Source: Schmidtea polychroa
Lineage: Eukaryota
Assembly (NCBI GenBank): GCA_044892525.1
Contig: CM097885.1
Location: 33,978,001 to 34,042,000, forward strand
Length of the DNA stretch: 64,000 bases
Reading direction: 5' to 3'
Numbering within the stretch: the stretch's first letter is position 1; each line of letters starts with the position of its first letter. Positions 49,495-61,750 of this stretch are shown here, piece by piece. The notes below the pieces were generated by a model. The model had not been told where the DNA came from and did not search any database. It saw only the letters and a list, made by a program, of their open reading frames with translations. The position numbers and the translations under genes are program-made.

Positions 49495-49855
49495 ATTTTA
49501 TTAATAAAAATCGACATTCGTACATCTTTTCAACTATCATCATCAGGTTACCTACATTCACTACGGATGAATAAATATACTATATTGATAATATATAAAC
49601 AAATATTTTTAAATATTTTAAAATAATTTTAAAAGTTTAAAATAATTGATTGTTTAAAATTGTTATTTATAATTAAAAAATTTTAAAAATTTATAGATTT
49701 TATAACTTGTAGATTTTATCAATATAACTTATAGATTTTATATTATCAATATAGTATAGTTATTCATCCGTAGTGAATGTAGGTAACCTGATGATGATAG
49801 TGACGCTATCAAAATATATAATGAAAAAGATGTACGAATGGCGATGGTTTATAAG
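49495..49855. mobile_element. Palindromic non-coding derivative of a Penelope-like terminal repeat
   Basis: Left arm matches 51317-51560 in the same orientation; right arm (about 49740-49855) is its inverse; both arms carry damaged hammerhead motifs. Confidence 0.75.
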
Positions 49856-50183
49856 TGTTTAAAATTGTTAATTCGTAAGGAAATTTTGTACGTAACATTA
49901 ATTCTCCACCAATATATTTTAGAATATGCCAATATATATGGATTTACTAAACACGAATCAATTCTAAATACATAAATTTCTATGTAATGCTGGGTAGCTT
50001 CCGAATGTTAATCACACACAAACCTAAGATATACGGAGCATAAAGTTCAGACTATTAGCGGGATGAAGATACAAACAAGGTCATCAAAACACAACACTCA
50101 GTATGGCTCTCGAAAATCACCACATGACTATTTCATCACGACAGGGCACCCATTTTATGGCCTATGATGTGGTGAGTATAAAA

Positions 50184-50219
50184 TTGACAAGGATTATTTT
50201 CATAATCGAAAATCTTTTC
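50184..50219 (+). ncRNA. Hammerhead-ribozyme-like motif, U3-A8 core variant
   Basis: TTGACAA-G-GATTAT(tttc)ATAATC-GAAA-A(tctt)T-TC; homologous copy at 36518-36552 with a covarying stem II; stem I imperfect. Confidence 0.5.
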
Positions 50220-51309
50220 ATTTTATTCAATATGTACTTTGTAGCAAAAGGCTTATATAATCATTTACTTGTATAACATTTAATTAATGCTTCTACCAGG
50301 AAATCATCATTTTATAATAATAATAATTAAATATTCTTTCATATTTTCTAAATATTCAGGGTTTTATATAAGCTATTTCAAGGAACCTATTTCTAAATTC
50401 ATCCATCAAAAATTTCTTGTCGGCTTACTTGTTAGGGCTTCACAATATTTATTAAATAAAATAAAAATAATCAATAAATTTTTAGGAAAACAATGCAAAG
50501 AAATAGCTACTAATAAATAATTTTCAATATTTTAAAATTAAAATGTTTAATTTTATCAGTATTTTTCCCATTTGCCTCCTGGCGTTGAAAATGAGTCGAA
50601 TTAATCTACAATAATCTTTACTGGGTAGCAGGAATCGTTGGAAATTTTAAAATTAGGGGAAATATTTCATTTTTCGGAGAATAAAATAAATTCAATAGAT
50701 TGATAATTGTATTAACTTCAGATTTGATTCATTTTCTTTTTAATTACAAAATATATCTATTAGAAATAAATTTATTTTACATTAATGAAATAAATAAATT
50801 TATTCTATCTCTATCTAAAGTAAAGTAATTTAATTTTCGAATATTTGTATATGCAATAAAGTTAATGCAATATTTAACATCACTGTCAGGTATTCGTTAG
50901 CTCAATAGTAAAAACGAAATCAAATTAAATTCTTATAATAATTATATAACAAGGACCAATAATAAATTGTTTGGATGACCCTGGATTTTTGTTGCAAACG
51001 AATATTTTGAAAGTATATTATAAAGCCTGGCTAAAAAGACAAAAAATAAGGTCTGATATAACAGATTATTTATTTATGTAAAAAAATACACACATACATG
51101 AAATAAGGACAAAACCTTTGAACACAGTCATTAATTGTGTTCAGAGTCATTTAATAGGTCTTTGTCGCCCACGTACAAAGGATTCATGTCCCAAAAAGGA
51201 GCTAATTTAAAATATTTTATATGACTTATTTCTAAAAGCGGCTGATAATTTATTTGTATTAATTTAAATCAATTAAAAGTTTAGCAATTTAATAGTACTC
51301 AAATAAACT

Positions 51310-51930
51310 CGGTAAAGATTTTATTAATAAAAATCGCCATTCTTACATCTTTTTCACTATATATTTCGATAGCATCACTATCATCATCAGGTTACCTACA
51401 TTCACGACGGATAAATATATATATATTATGTTGATAATATCTAAACAAATTATAAAATATATAAATTGTAAATTATAAATAAAAATTTTTAATAATCATT
51501 CTTTTTAAAAACAATTTTCAATAATCAATTATATTTAAACTTTTAAAATTATTAAAAATATTATTTTAATTATTTAACATAACTATTATTAATATACATC
51601 AACACACAAAAACTTAATTAAAAACATTCAACACACAAGTATTCACTACATTCTGCACATTGATTTTAGGATTAAAAGTTCTTATCAATAATGCTTCACA
51701 TAACACACGCTCAAAACAATTATCAAAATTTTTTGATAAGATTTTAAAATCAGACATTCCTAATTCTCTCATACAGACTTTATTGTGATCCTTAATATTG
51801 GACACTCCCTTCGGTCGACAGTGTTCTTGAACTCGAGTCAGAGATGACGGGAAGTCTCTCCAATGTATGTGGCATTACACTCATTACATGTGAATTGATA
51901 AACACAATCCAACCGGCATTTGAGATTTAC
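51310..51930 (-). mobile_element. Penelope-like element 3' end (GIY-YIG endonuclease plus terminal repeat)
   Basis: CVYQFTCNECNATYIGETSRHL / TRVQEH ... ERVLCEALLIRTFNPKINVQ. Confidence 0.85.
51354..51396 (-). ncRNA. Minimal type I hammerhead ribozyme motif in the Penelope-like terminal repeat
   Basis: Minus strand: GGTAAC-CTGATGA-T-GATAG(tgatg)CTATC-GAAA-TATATA-GTGA; palindromic stem III; weak stem I. Confidence 0.65.
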
Positions 51931-54448
51931 TAACAAATATACTACGCACTTAGCACGATTTTGAAACAATTCTTTAATTCTATGTACCTAACTGTTTACC
52001 AATCTTTCTTTTGAAATCTTTATTTCCTTCAGAATACGACAATACCATCGTATATTTTGGCTCATCTTATTTGTTAGTTACTTGCAATGTTTAAACTTTT
52101 CCTAGCACTTTTTATACAATGCTTTTTATGCACAAACTATGTAATAATGTATTATAAATTTTATGTATTTGATTGGAACAATTAATTATTTATTCGACTG
52201 GCTTACATAGTGCCACCCTGGTAAATAAAAAAAACTATAAATCAAAGTTTAAACTTGTTAAAAGTGTGTTGTAGAAAGAACAAGAAGATAGCTGGTTGTT
52301 ACTTGCCGATTTCATGATCGGGTTGTAATCATCTTCTGAGATGAACCATGATGTATTCCTGCCCTTTGGTATGAGAAAAGTCTGACAAGAGGTGTCATTA
52401 GTTAAGCCAGATTTGTAGACCACAACTTCGCCTTGTTGGAATGGAGGTATTATGGGTCTGCGTATTAGTCCATCAAAAATCATTTCTGATGGTGACCTTC
52501 CTTCAAAATCAGCAGATATCCAATGATAAAATAGGATCTTTTGAAGAAACTCGTCAAATTTAGTATGGCATTGACTTATCTTCCAACATTCTATACCCCT
52601 CTTGTTGGTTTGAACTGCTCGGTAGGTCCTGGCATTTGCTATTGGGAAATATGTTGGGGATTCCATTTTACGGACTCCTTGGTTCTCTAACCAAGATATC
52701 AATTCGTTTGATCTGAACTCCGGCGCGTTATCTGTTAAAACACATTCAGGGATGCCGAAGGGCGTAAACACTGTTCTCAGACATTTGATAATACCGAGTG
52801 TGGTCCTCTCTTTCGTTCTAAAGGCTTCGATCTAACGCGAACCCTAGTCAACTATAATTAAAATGTTGCCAACCTCCTTAGCGAATGCCCAGTCAAGATG
52901 AACTCGTTCGAACGGCTTAGTATCGGGCCATCGATGGACCGTTTTGATTGGATTTGGTCGGATTTTCGATCACATTGAACAATTTCTTAAAAATTTCTCA
53001 ATGTTGCTAGTCATACTTGGCCACCATGACACCGAGCTCAACATTTTGTAAGAAGTTTGCACTCCATTGTGTGCTTCCTTTTTGGATTAAATTAAAAGAT
53101 TTTTTGCGAAGTCTCTCGGGAATGAATACTCTGGTGCCATTATACAGCATTTTGTTGTCGATTGTGAGACTTTTATAATTTTTTTAAAATTGTGTTTCAA
53201 ATTGACTGTATTTCGACCATCTTCATTCGTTGATCCATCTCAAGTTCATTTATAATTTCTTTTGGATCTAAAACATTTCAAAATGTGATGTTGTAAATAT
53301 GTGGCGCATTCATCGTGTCAAAATCAACATTTTCCTTGTCTGCATCTTTGAATTTAAGTGTCGACATGGCATCCGCGTATGGGATCTGTGCTCCCGGAAT
53401 ATATGTTATATCATAGTCGTATTTCATCAGTTGTATTGCCCATTTTGTTACCCGTGCTAAGACTTGTTCTGGGATGGCCCTGTCACTTCCAAATAAATAT
53501 TTCAACGGACAATGATTGGTTTGAATTTGGAATTTTCTTCCTAGAAAGAAATGACTCAACCTGATTACACACCGTTCAACCGCTAAGGTTTCTCTTTCTA
53601 TGTTTAAATAATTACGTTCTGCTTGGTTCAGAGTTCGGGAAACATAAATCACTGGGTAACCTTCCTGAATTAGAACTGCTCTGACGGCGTTCAAGGATGC
53701 GTCTGTCGTCAGAGTCACTTCTTTTTCAAGTGAGTACGGTGTCACTACCGGGTGATCGGGTAATTCATTCTTTAGTTGGTCGTAACTCTCCTGAAATTTC
53801 TCCGTTTAAACAAAAATACTATCTTTCTTTCTCAGGTTGTTCAAAGATTCAATTTTGTCCGAGTATTTGGGAATGAGTCTACCAAAATAATTTGTTAGTC
53901 CAATAAAGGTTTCTACTACTTTTCTATTCGTAGGAACAATGATTTCTTGTAATTTTCTAACTAATTTATTATCCGGCTAAACCTCGACTAGAACCCTAAA
54001 AACATAATTTCATCAACTTACTCAATTGACCTTTTTGTTTACAGTGATTTTCTTTTCTTTTAGGCGTTGCTTGACTGCATCTAACCGTTTTTTAACGAAA
54101 CATCTTTCTCTCAGGATACCTTTTATATCTGATAAAATTTGCTCCGTAGTTCTTTGAAATATCGCCGAAGCATTTGCCATGCCCATCTGCAGGCAATTTA
54201 CATAGTATAAACCTTTTGATATATTCAGGGCAGTCGAGAGCCAGGCCGGGCCCCGATGCAATTCGTCAATACGGGCAATTACAAATTGATATATTTTTTA
54301 AAAAAAACATTTTTTTAGTTATCCTATTTATTATTTATTTATGAAATTCCATGATACATATGAACTTAAATTATCACAAACTTAGATTTTTAAAATTATT
54401 TAATTATATAAAAATGCTTTTCTTGCTTTTTATTTGCAAATTTATTTA

Positions 54449-56052
54449 CAGCGACTATTCATAATTATAAATCATTTATTCAATATTCTGAATCATTTAT
54501 ATAAAATTATAAAGTAATTATTCAAAATTATAAATTAATTATTCAAAATTTTAAATTAATCAAAATGATTTTAGAATTAATTTATTATTTTGGATCATTT
54601 TAAAAATAATAAAAAGAAACGATTTAAAATTTATGATGAATGAGTCCAATCCTGATGCAAATAACAACAATACAACCAAGTCTAGGCGTAAACAACGTCA
54701 GGTAATCACCAACGAAGCCATAACAGCAATTAAACGGTTGAAAGACGCGAACCAAACAACGGCATTTGTTGCCACGACCCTCAATTTAAGCATTTCTGCA
54801 CTTGGTTCAACACTTCGAAAAATACCTGCGTGTGTTGAAACTGGTACTATACTTAAAAAATCCGGACCAAAACCTCAACCATTGGATTCTAATGTAAATA
54901 TCCAACTAAATCAAATAATTCAAGAAGATCCAAGCTTGACACAGAGAGGCATGCAAGAAAAACTTTATAACTCAGGTCTCTCATTTTCTCAGTCAAAAAT
55001 ATCGAAAACATTAAAAGCGCTATCTATAACGCGCAAAAAAATAAAAAAAAGATCATTAAGAACCGTATCTCCCGAACTGATAAATACTAGAAAGACCTAT
55101 GCAAGAGAACTTCGTCTTATTCCTAACAGCCGATTGATTTTTTAGACGAAAGTGGTTTTAACCTACATACTGGCAACCATTATGATTATTCACCAATAAA
55201 TACAGATGCCATAAAGCTTGTTCCAGCTAACCGATGCAGAAATGTATCTCTACTTGCCATTTAAACCATTTTAAATTGATCGATGGTGCATATAATGCTG
55301 AGAAACTGTTGGAATTTTTAAATGAAGCTTATAATATACAACAAATAAAAGCAAATGATATATTAGTTATGGATAATGTAAGATTTCACCATAGTGATAT
55401 TGTAAAATATTTTTGCGTAGAAAAAAGTATTATCATTAAATATTTACCCCCTTATAGTCCGAATCTAAATCCAATTGAAAACATATTCTCAACAATTAAA
55501 AGCAGATATTCAGCATCTGTAATGATAAAGGAGAATGTAGTCAGGGTTATTGCTGAAATGAATGTGGATCCGTCTATATTATATGGTTTGTATTATGAGA
55601 GAATGCGGGAATACCTTGTTTTTGCATACAACGGGGAATTCTTTTAACATTTTGATGTTTTTTTATTAAATATGTTGGTGTTTAATATTTTTTTATAAAT
55701 ATATTTAATTAACTTTAATACTTTTTTAAATATTATCCTTGAAAAAAGACAAATCTCGAAGGGTTTTTTACCTACTGCTTGCGTCTCTGCGTGTTACAAT
55801 GCAATCTGTGACATGATTATGTTGTTATTTGTTTGCTATTAATACATAAAAGTTATACACTGTCGTCGTAGCTTTCTTATGTTTCTTCTGGGACAAAATT
55901 AATTTTTAGAATAAATAATAAGAATAATTTATTTTATTTTGATTAATTTATAATTTTGAATAATTAATTTATAATTTTGAATAATTAATTTATAATTTTG
56001 AATAAATGATTTAGAATATTGATTAAATGATTTATAATTAGAATAGTCGCTT
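54449..56052 (+). mobile_element. IS630/Tc1-like DD34E transposon with long TIRs
   Basis: TA flanks; about 150-bp TIRs (CAGCGACTATTC...) containing about 21-bp tandem repeats. Confidence 0.9.
54633..55647 (+). pseudogene. Tc1/IS630-like transposase, frameshifted
   Basis: HTH region, then LDESGFNL in another frame, VMDNVRFHH and LPPYSPNLNPIE; 34 residues between the second D and E. Confidence 0.88.
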
Positions 56053-56102
56053 TATAATAAGTATTTATCTGAAATTGAAATTTTAAAGCCAAACATGATT
56101 AT

Positions 56103-58615
56103 TAGGGTGGATCGAAAATTTTTTTTTCTCCAAACATGCCTAAAAAGTTGTGCTTATGCTAGAAAATGAAATATCCCTGCAAAAGACTGCTGTTTAAAAG
56201 GGTTTACAGGTCCCAACTTTTGTTTGTATGTATTAGTACTATCCCAGTAAAAATGCTCGCACACGTGCCATTGTAAATTCATCCTGCAAGCAGTCACACG
56301 CTTGCAGAAAGACCATTTTTGACATGCTCTATTAACAAGTCTAAGCTAACGCGTGCATGTATAGAGATGTTAATTCACGGAAGCACCTTCACACAAGCAC
56401 TCACAAAGACAATTTCTTCTGAACAATACTAACACACACACTACAGTCAACACATAATCCACATGGATACTACTAGTCAGTCTAAACTCAGATAATTTAA
56501 TTTGTTTCGATTGGATGTCAAGTGTTTGCTGGACCTAATTAAAAAAGTTAACTTGATGATTCACTTTTATTTTGCCAGAGCTGAGTACAGAAGAGCAGTT
56601 ATGAAAGTAAAGATAAGTTAGACAATTCAACAGAAAGCTCAGAGTCAAGCGTAGAAGAATGTGATGAATTTCAAAATAGAAGACATTATCCTGAATTAAG
56701 TAAAGCTGTTGACAGATGTGGTGTGAGCAACAGAGACACGTGTTTGCTAGTAAACGCTTTTCTGAAAGATATGGAACTGTTATCCTCTCAAACAATCATC
56801 GATCCCGCAAAATTACGGCGTCAGAGAAAGTACTGGAAGGAGAGAGAAATTGAACAGCATTCAGCAGAAGCGAAAAACTTGATTTGCCTCGGTTTCGACG
56901 GGAAACAAGATTCCACCTTACTTCATAGAAGGATCCTAAAAGAGGAACATTATGTGATTGTCGCCTTTCCAGGGGATACATATATCGATCATGTTGTACC
57001 TCAAAGTAGTAAAGCTGTGGATATTGGCAAAGAAATCATGTCAATCATCGTTAGCACGCAGTCCTCACTGACCCTTCAAGCAATTGTGTGTGATGGAACC
57101 AATACAAACACCGGAAAAAATAATGGAATAATCAGAAGACTCGAAAAAAGCCTAGGGCGACCTCTACAATGGCTGATATGCTTGTTGCATGCAAATGAAT
57201 TGCCATTCAGGAAGTATTTTTCAGTCGTCGATGGTGGAGAAACAAAAGGTCCAAAAACGTCATGTGGTGAAATAGGAAGCGTTCTTGATTTTGATTCAAA
57301 AGACAAGCCCGTAGTAGCCTTTATGTCCCTTCCTGGAAAGGTCGTAGATATTAGTGAAAATGTCAAGAAAGAATTGAACACTGATCAATTGTATTTCCTC
57401 AGAGTATGCTTGGCAGTCCAGAAAAGGTACCACGACAACAAGGATGTCCCTTTTCTACAAATGGCACAACCAGGAAATTTGAATCACAGTCGCTGGCTAA
57501 CGAAAGCTAATAGAATTCTGCGACTATATATGTCCGAAACTGCTCCATCTGAACCTCTCATGCGAATAGTGAAATTTATTGTCAATTTCTATGGACCGTC
57601 ATGGTTTTATATAAAGACTCACTCGTCATGCCAAGATGGTGCAAGAAATATTTTTTATATGCTACAACTTCTGCAGGATTTGGATCCATCAGACCAAAAA
57701 ATCATCTTTCCTATCATTCAGAACAACAATTGCTTCTCACATCCAGAAAATATACTCCTAGCTGCTGTTGGTGATGATGATGAAGAAATCAGAAAGTTTG
57801 CAACAGAAAAAATCATAACTGCAAGACAAAATTTTCTCCCTTCCGAAGTGATTCGCACTATGGACAAGAATACTGTCTTTCTTCAGTCGTCTGCTACATC
57901 ATATGTTGACATGATTGACTGGACAAAATGTAATTTGACGCCTCCCCCTCTTTTATCTCATATATTGGATCATGAATTGAAGATGAATAAGAAAATTACA
58001 TTAGAACAATTTCCCTGTCATTCTCAAGCCGTTGAAAGAGCCATCAAAGATGTTTCTTCTGCCAGTTGCTAAGTGTTTGGTCACAAGTCCAGACATGGTA
58101 TGGTACTACTGTGTAAAAAATCAAGGAAGGAATTGCCCAAGGTGCAAAGCAAAGCTGATTTCATGTGACTTCTTTTTATGCCCTCGCTAATACATTTCTA
58201 AACTTTTGGCTGGATGTTTTTAATAAAAAATAATTTCGAAAGTTGATTTTTGTCTTTGAAAAGGATAATTCAAATTTGGCCCTTCCTAATCACTGACGTT
58301 GTCAGGATATATTTCAATGCGGGATGAGGACACAGAATATACTATCTCAGCCCAAGAGAGTAAATAATATACTTATAAGCTCTTAAGAAAGCTACATCTA
58401 AATATGGACAAAGGCGCAAAACACATTCCGACACTAGCCAAATTACATTGTTTTCACACTTATGTTGAACCTCATTTTCGGAGAAAAGTTGGGAGCAGTA
58501 AATGTCCATAAATCTAAGTAAAATGGTTTGATTCGATTTTTCTATACCAAAATACAACTTTTTAACCATGTTTCCTTTCTTGAACTCAAAATTTATTAAC
58601 ATTCGACCCACCCTA
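56103..58615 (+). mobile_element. hATm-type transposon
   Basis: Perfect 8-bp TSD ATGATTAT; TIRs TAGGGTGGATCGAA / TTCGACCCACCCTA. Confidence 0.92.
56723..58168 (+). pseudogene. hATm transposase with disrupted N-terminus and a premature stop at 58070
   Basis: LGFDGKQDST, EEHY, VCDGTNTNTG, WLICLLHANELPFR, HSRWLT, PCHSQAVERAIK; the frame continues after TAA (VFGHKSRHG). Confidence 0.88.
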
Positions 58616-59498
58616 ATGATTATATCGTGGGCACCGATGATTTGCATCGCCTGCATCGCCCTCTTATCAGTGATGGATGTATTGATAATTGATAGTTGCT
58701 GTACCTCTTTATCAAGCTCGATTTGCCAATATGCCGATTTTAGATCTACTTTGGCAAAACCTTTGGCATTTTTCATGCGTGCGAATATAGTTTCTATTTT
58801 GGGTAGAGGATATAATTCTGTCTTTATTTTCTTGTTTACATGAACTTTGAAATCCACACATACTTAAATCTCCATTCATTTTTTTATCCATACTACAGGA
58901 GAACAATTCATTACTGTATCTTAGCATTATGAGATGACTACCAATTCCTCAAAACGTAATAATTCGTCATTGATTCTTGTTTCCATTGCCAAAGGTACTG
59001 TTCTTGTCTTACAGAATACATTCCTGGCCTCTTTTATTGGTATTATTATGGCTTGAATTCCTTTGATTGTGAGGAGAAAGGTACTCTTTATCGTAACTTT
59101 GTGATTGCTAATTTCTGCTTCTAAAAGATCTTTGCCTAAAAGACCATATTTTTTTATCTGATTCAATAACCGTTAATATTATGACCTGACGCTTGCTTTT
59201 AGTTTCTACATCAGCAAGAAACTGACCTCGGTATATCATCGGATGACCATCGTTTGCTGACAATTTAACTTGCGAACGAGTTAAATGCGGTTTACTTAAA
59301 TTCTCCCACATCATGGACGATATTAAGGACACATCTGCACCCGTTTCAACCTGCATAAGTACCTCGTGGGAGTTTTTTTGGCAATTTACTAGCTCCTTCC
59401 TACACGAATTAATGCGATGATTTGCCTATATCTGAGTTCATACTTTCTTGGTCTTTAACGTGAATACTCTATTTATTTAATCTACTTGATGACCTACA

Positions 59499-61750
59499 TC
59501 AGGGGTCGGCAACCTTTTAGCTGTGGTGTGTCAAGCCACTCTGCCAATTAATTCAGGGTGCAATTTTATTTCTTTTTAGTATTGAAGTTCTCAAATCTCA
59601 ACTTGATGGTTCCAATATAAATAAGAACACAAACACTTGTTCAGTAAATTAATTTAATTAGCACAAGTACAAATTAAAAATATAAAGTTAACAACCACCT
59701 CAAAATTGCTTCAATTTGTGTTTTATATATATATATATGCGTGTGTATGTGTGTGTGAATCCTTGCAGTTTCCTGAGCTCGGATGTGTAAATAGGTATGC
59801 TCTAAATTATATTGCAATATCAATTTCTGAATATGCAATTCTTCTTATAAGTTTTTATTTTTAGGGGTGATTTAACTGAGAAATCAGTCTGCTTATATAC
59901 CAAAATTTTGTTGACAATTGTTAATTTAATATCAATTACATAAACGTTGCAAAATTAAAATTTAATTTTTCTTGCCTTCTTCGCAAAAGTTTCTACTAAT
60001 TCCTTCAATTCCAATGTCGAAACGTAATCGCATTCTATTGAAATTATTGCTAAGTCCACAAGTCTGCTTTGCGACATAGTTGAACGCAAGTAACTTTTAA
60101 TTAATTTCAATTTTGAAAAACTGCGTTCTCCACTAGCCACGGACACTGCAAGTGTTAATAATATTCTTAAGGAAACAACAACATTTGGTACACAATCTTC
60201 CAATTTTTGTTGTACGCATCTGTTGGTGACATAGGCTTTGGAAACCTTTGAGCTACTACTTGAAGCTCATTACAAAGATCATAGGCATCAATATCCTTAT
60301 TATCTTTATGCGTCAAAGACGTTTCTAAATGTTTGCAGTCAGTAAGTATATATCCGCAGATGTCTTTTTGTTGATATTGGATATATCATAAAGGAAGCCA
60401 AATAAAATATCACGTTGTTCTAATTGTTGGAACCTCTCTTCAATAGACTGTATAGCCATGTGCAAGATAGTGTAGTAGAATTCTACTTTGAATTTATGTT
60501 TAGGATCTTGTGGTGCCTTGTCTTGAGCTTCATATTCAAACTGCCGTTTATGTCTCCGTCTTTTACATTCATCGGACTCGAATTTCGCTTCTGTTTCTAA
60601 TTCCTTTGCAATCTCGACAGATTTTCAATTTGTAATTCTATTTTATCAAGCTTTTTATTCAAAGTTTCAATTATGAATGCCCCAGTAGTTTCTTCTAATG
60701 GAACAAATCCTAGGAAATGTTCTCTTATTATTACTGCAGTCTCGAATATCTCATTATCTAACGGTTTGATAATATCAACAAAACGTATAATCATAGTCAT
60801 CTGTTCAATATGACTAAGTGTGCACGCAAACCAAAATAATTGAGTAATATTTTGCCAATTTCACAAGTGACAAAATTTTATTTTTAATAGCTCCTGCTAG
60901 GATCTGCATAAGTTCATTTTGAATATCTTTTCCCAGGTAATGTACCATAATGTCTTGATTTTTGACTCTGCGTAAATGTTTGTTCATTACAGGGTCAAAG
61001 AGGGCTAGATATTCTACAAACTTCAAAAAATTACCGTTGTTGTTATTTTACAACTATTCATTTGTTCCACGAAATGCTAAGTTTTGAGTGGCTAGTACTC
61101 TGATTTTGAAATCTCGATGGTTTTTTAGGACATTTTAAAAGTACTAATGTACCACTATAAATAATATTTAATTATTTTAATACAACAAAGTAATATTTGC
61201 TTTTAAACTTACCAGAAAAGAAGTGTTTAATGTTTAGTCGTATGAAAGATAACAAAATAGAATTTACTTCACATAACTTCACTGACTCTATTTTTTTCTA
61301 ATAATGCACAAAATTACAGTTATCAGTAAAACTGTAATTATCAGTAAACTATAACTGTTGTGTGTTTACTGCGACTATTTGTATATCTTTGTGTGCGATA
61401 AAAATGGTGATACACAAACAATAACATCGAAAGTACGTTCTCCGAGAATGGTACTCGGCAGAATTAAAAATCAAAATTGCATGTGTTTTAGAACGCCGTG
61501 TCATGCGCTGGAGCGATCTCTAAATCAACATTAAAGTTAGATAACCATCTGCAATGTTTGAAATTAAAAGATTTATATTAAATACAATAATTATCTTATT
61601 ATATTACCCCGTGTCTATAGTTTATATAATATAATAAAAGTTATTAATTATTAGTTCTTTTTAATAATGACGATTACACATTTTGTCGCCCCTCTCTGGA
61701 TAGCGCCCTAGGCGACCGCCTAGTTCGCCTTAATGGTAGCGCCGGCTCTG
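59499..61750 (-). mobile_element. Decayed hAT (Tip100/ZMYM1-like) plus an unrelated hAT end, replacing the middle of the Gypsy gag
   Basis: YLGKDIQNEL, IRFV...EHFLGFV, LRILLTLAVSVASGERSFSKLKLIKSYLRSTMSQ; ends CAGAGCCGGCGCTACC (61750, minus) and CAGGGGTCGGCAACC (59499). Confidence 0.85.

Larger units (their letters stand above)
54226..58675. mobile_element. hAT-type non-autonomous insertion inside the Gypsy RT, hosting two further elements
   Basis: 8-bp TSD gatatatt / gatgtatt duplicates the RT codons (N-T/I-S); degenerate ends CAGGGCAGTCGAGAG / CTCTTATCAGTGATG. Confidence 0.7.

Noticed and set aside
58342..58857. 171-aa ORF as a single gene
   Set aside because: Chimeric read-through from the Gypsy RT into the ends of the inserted hAT elements.
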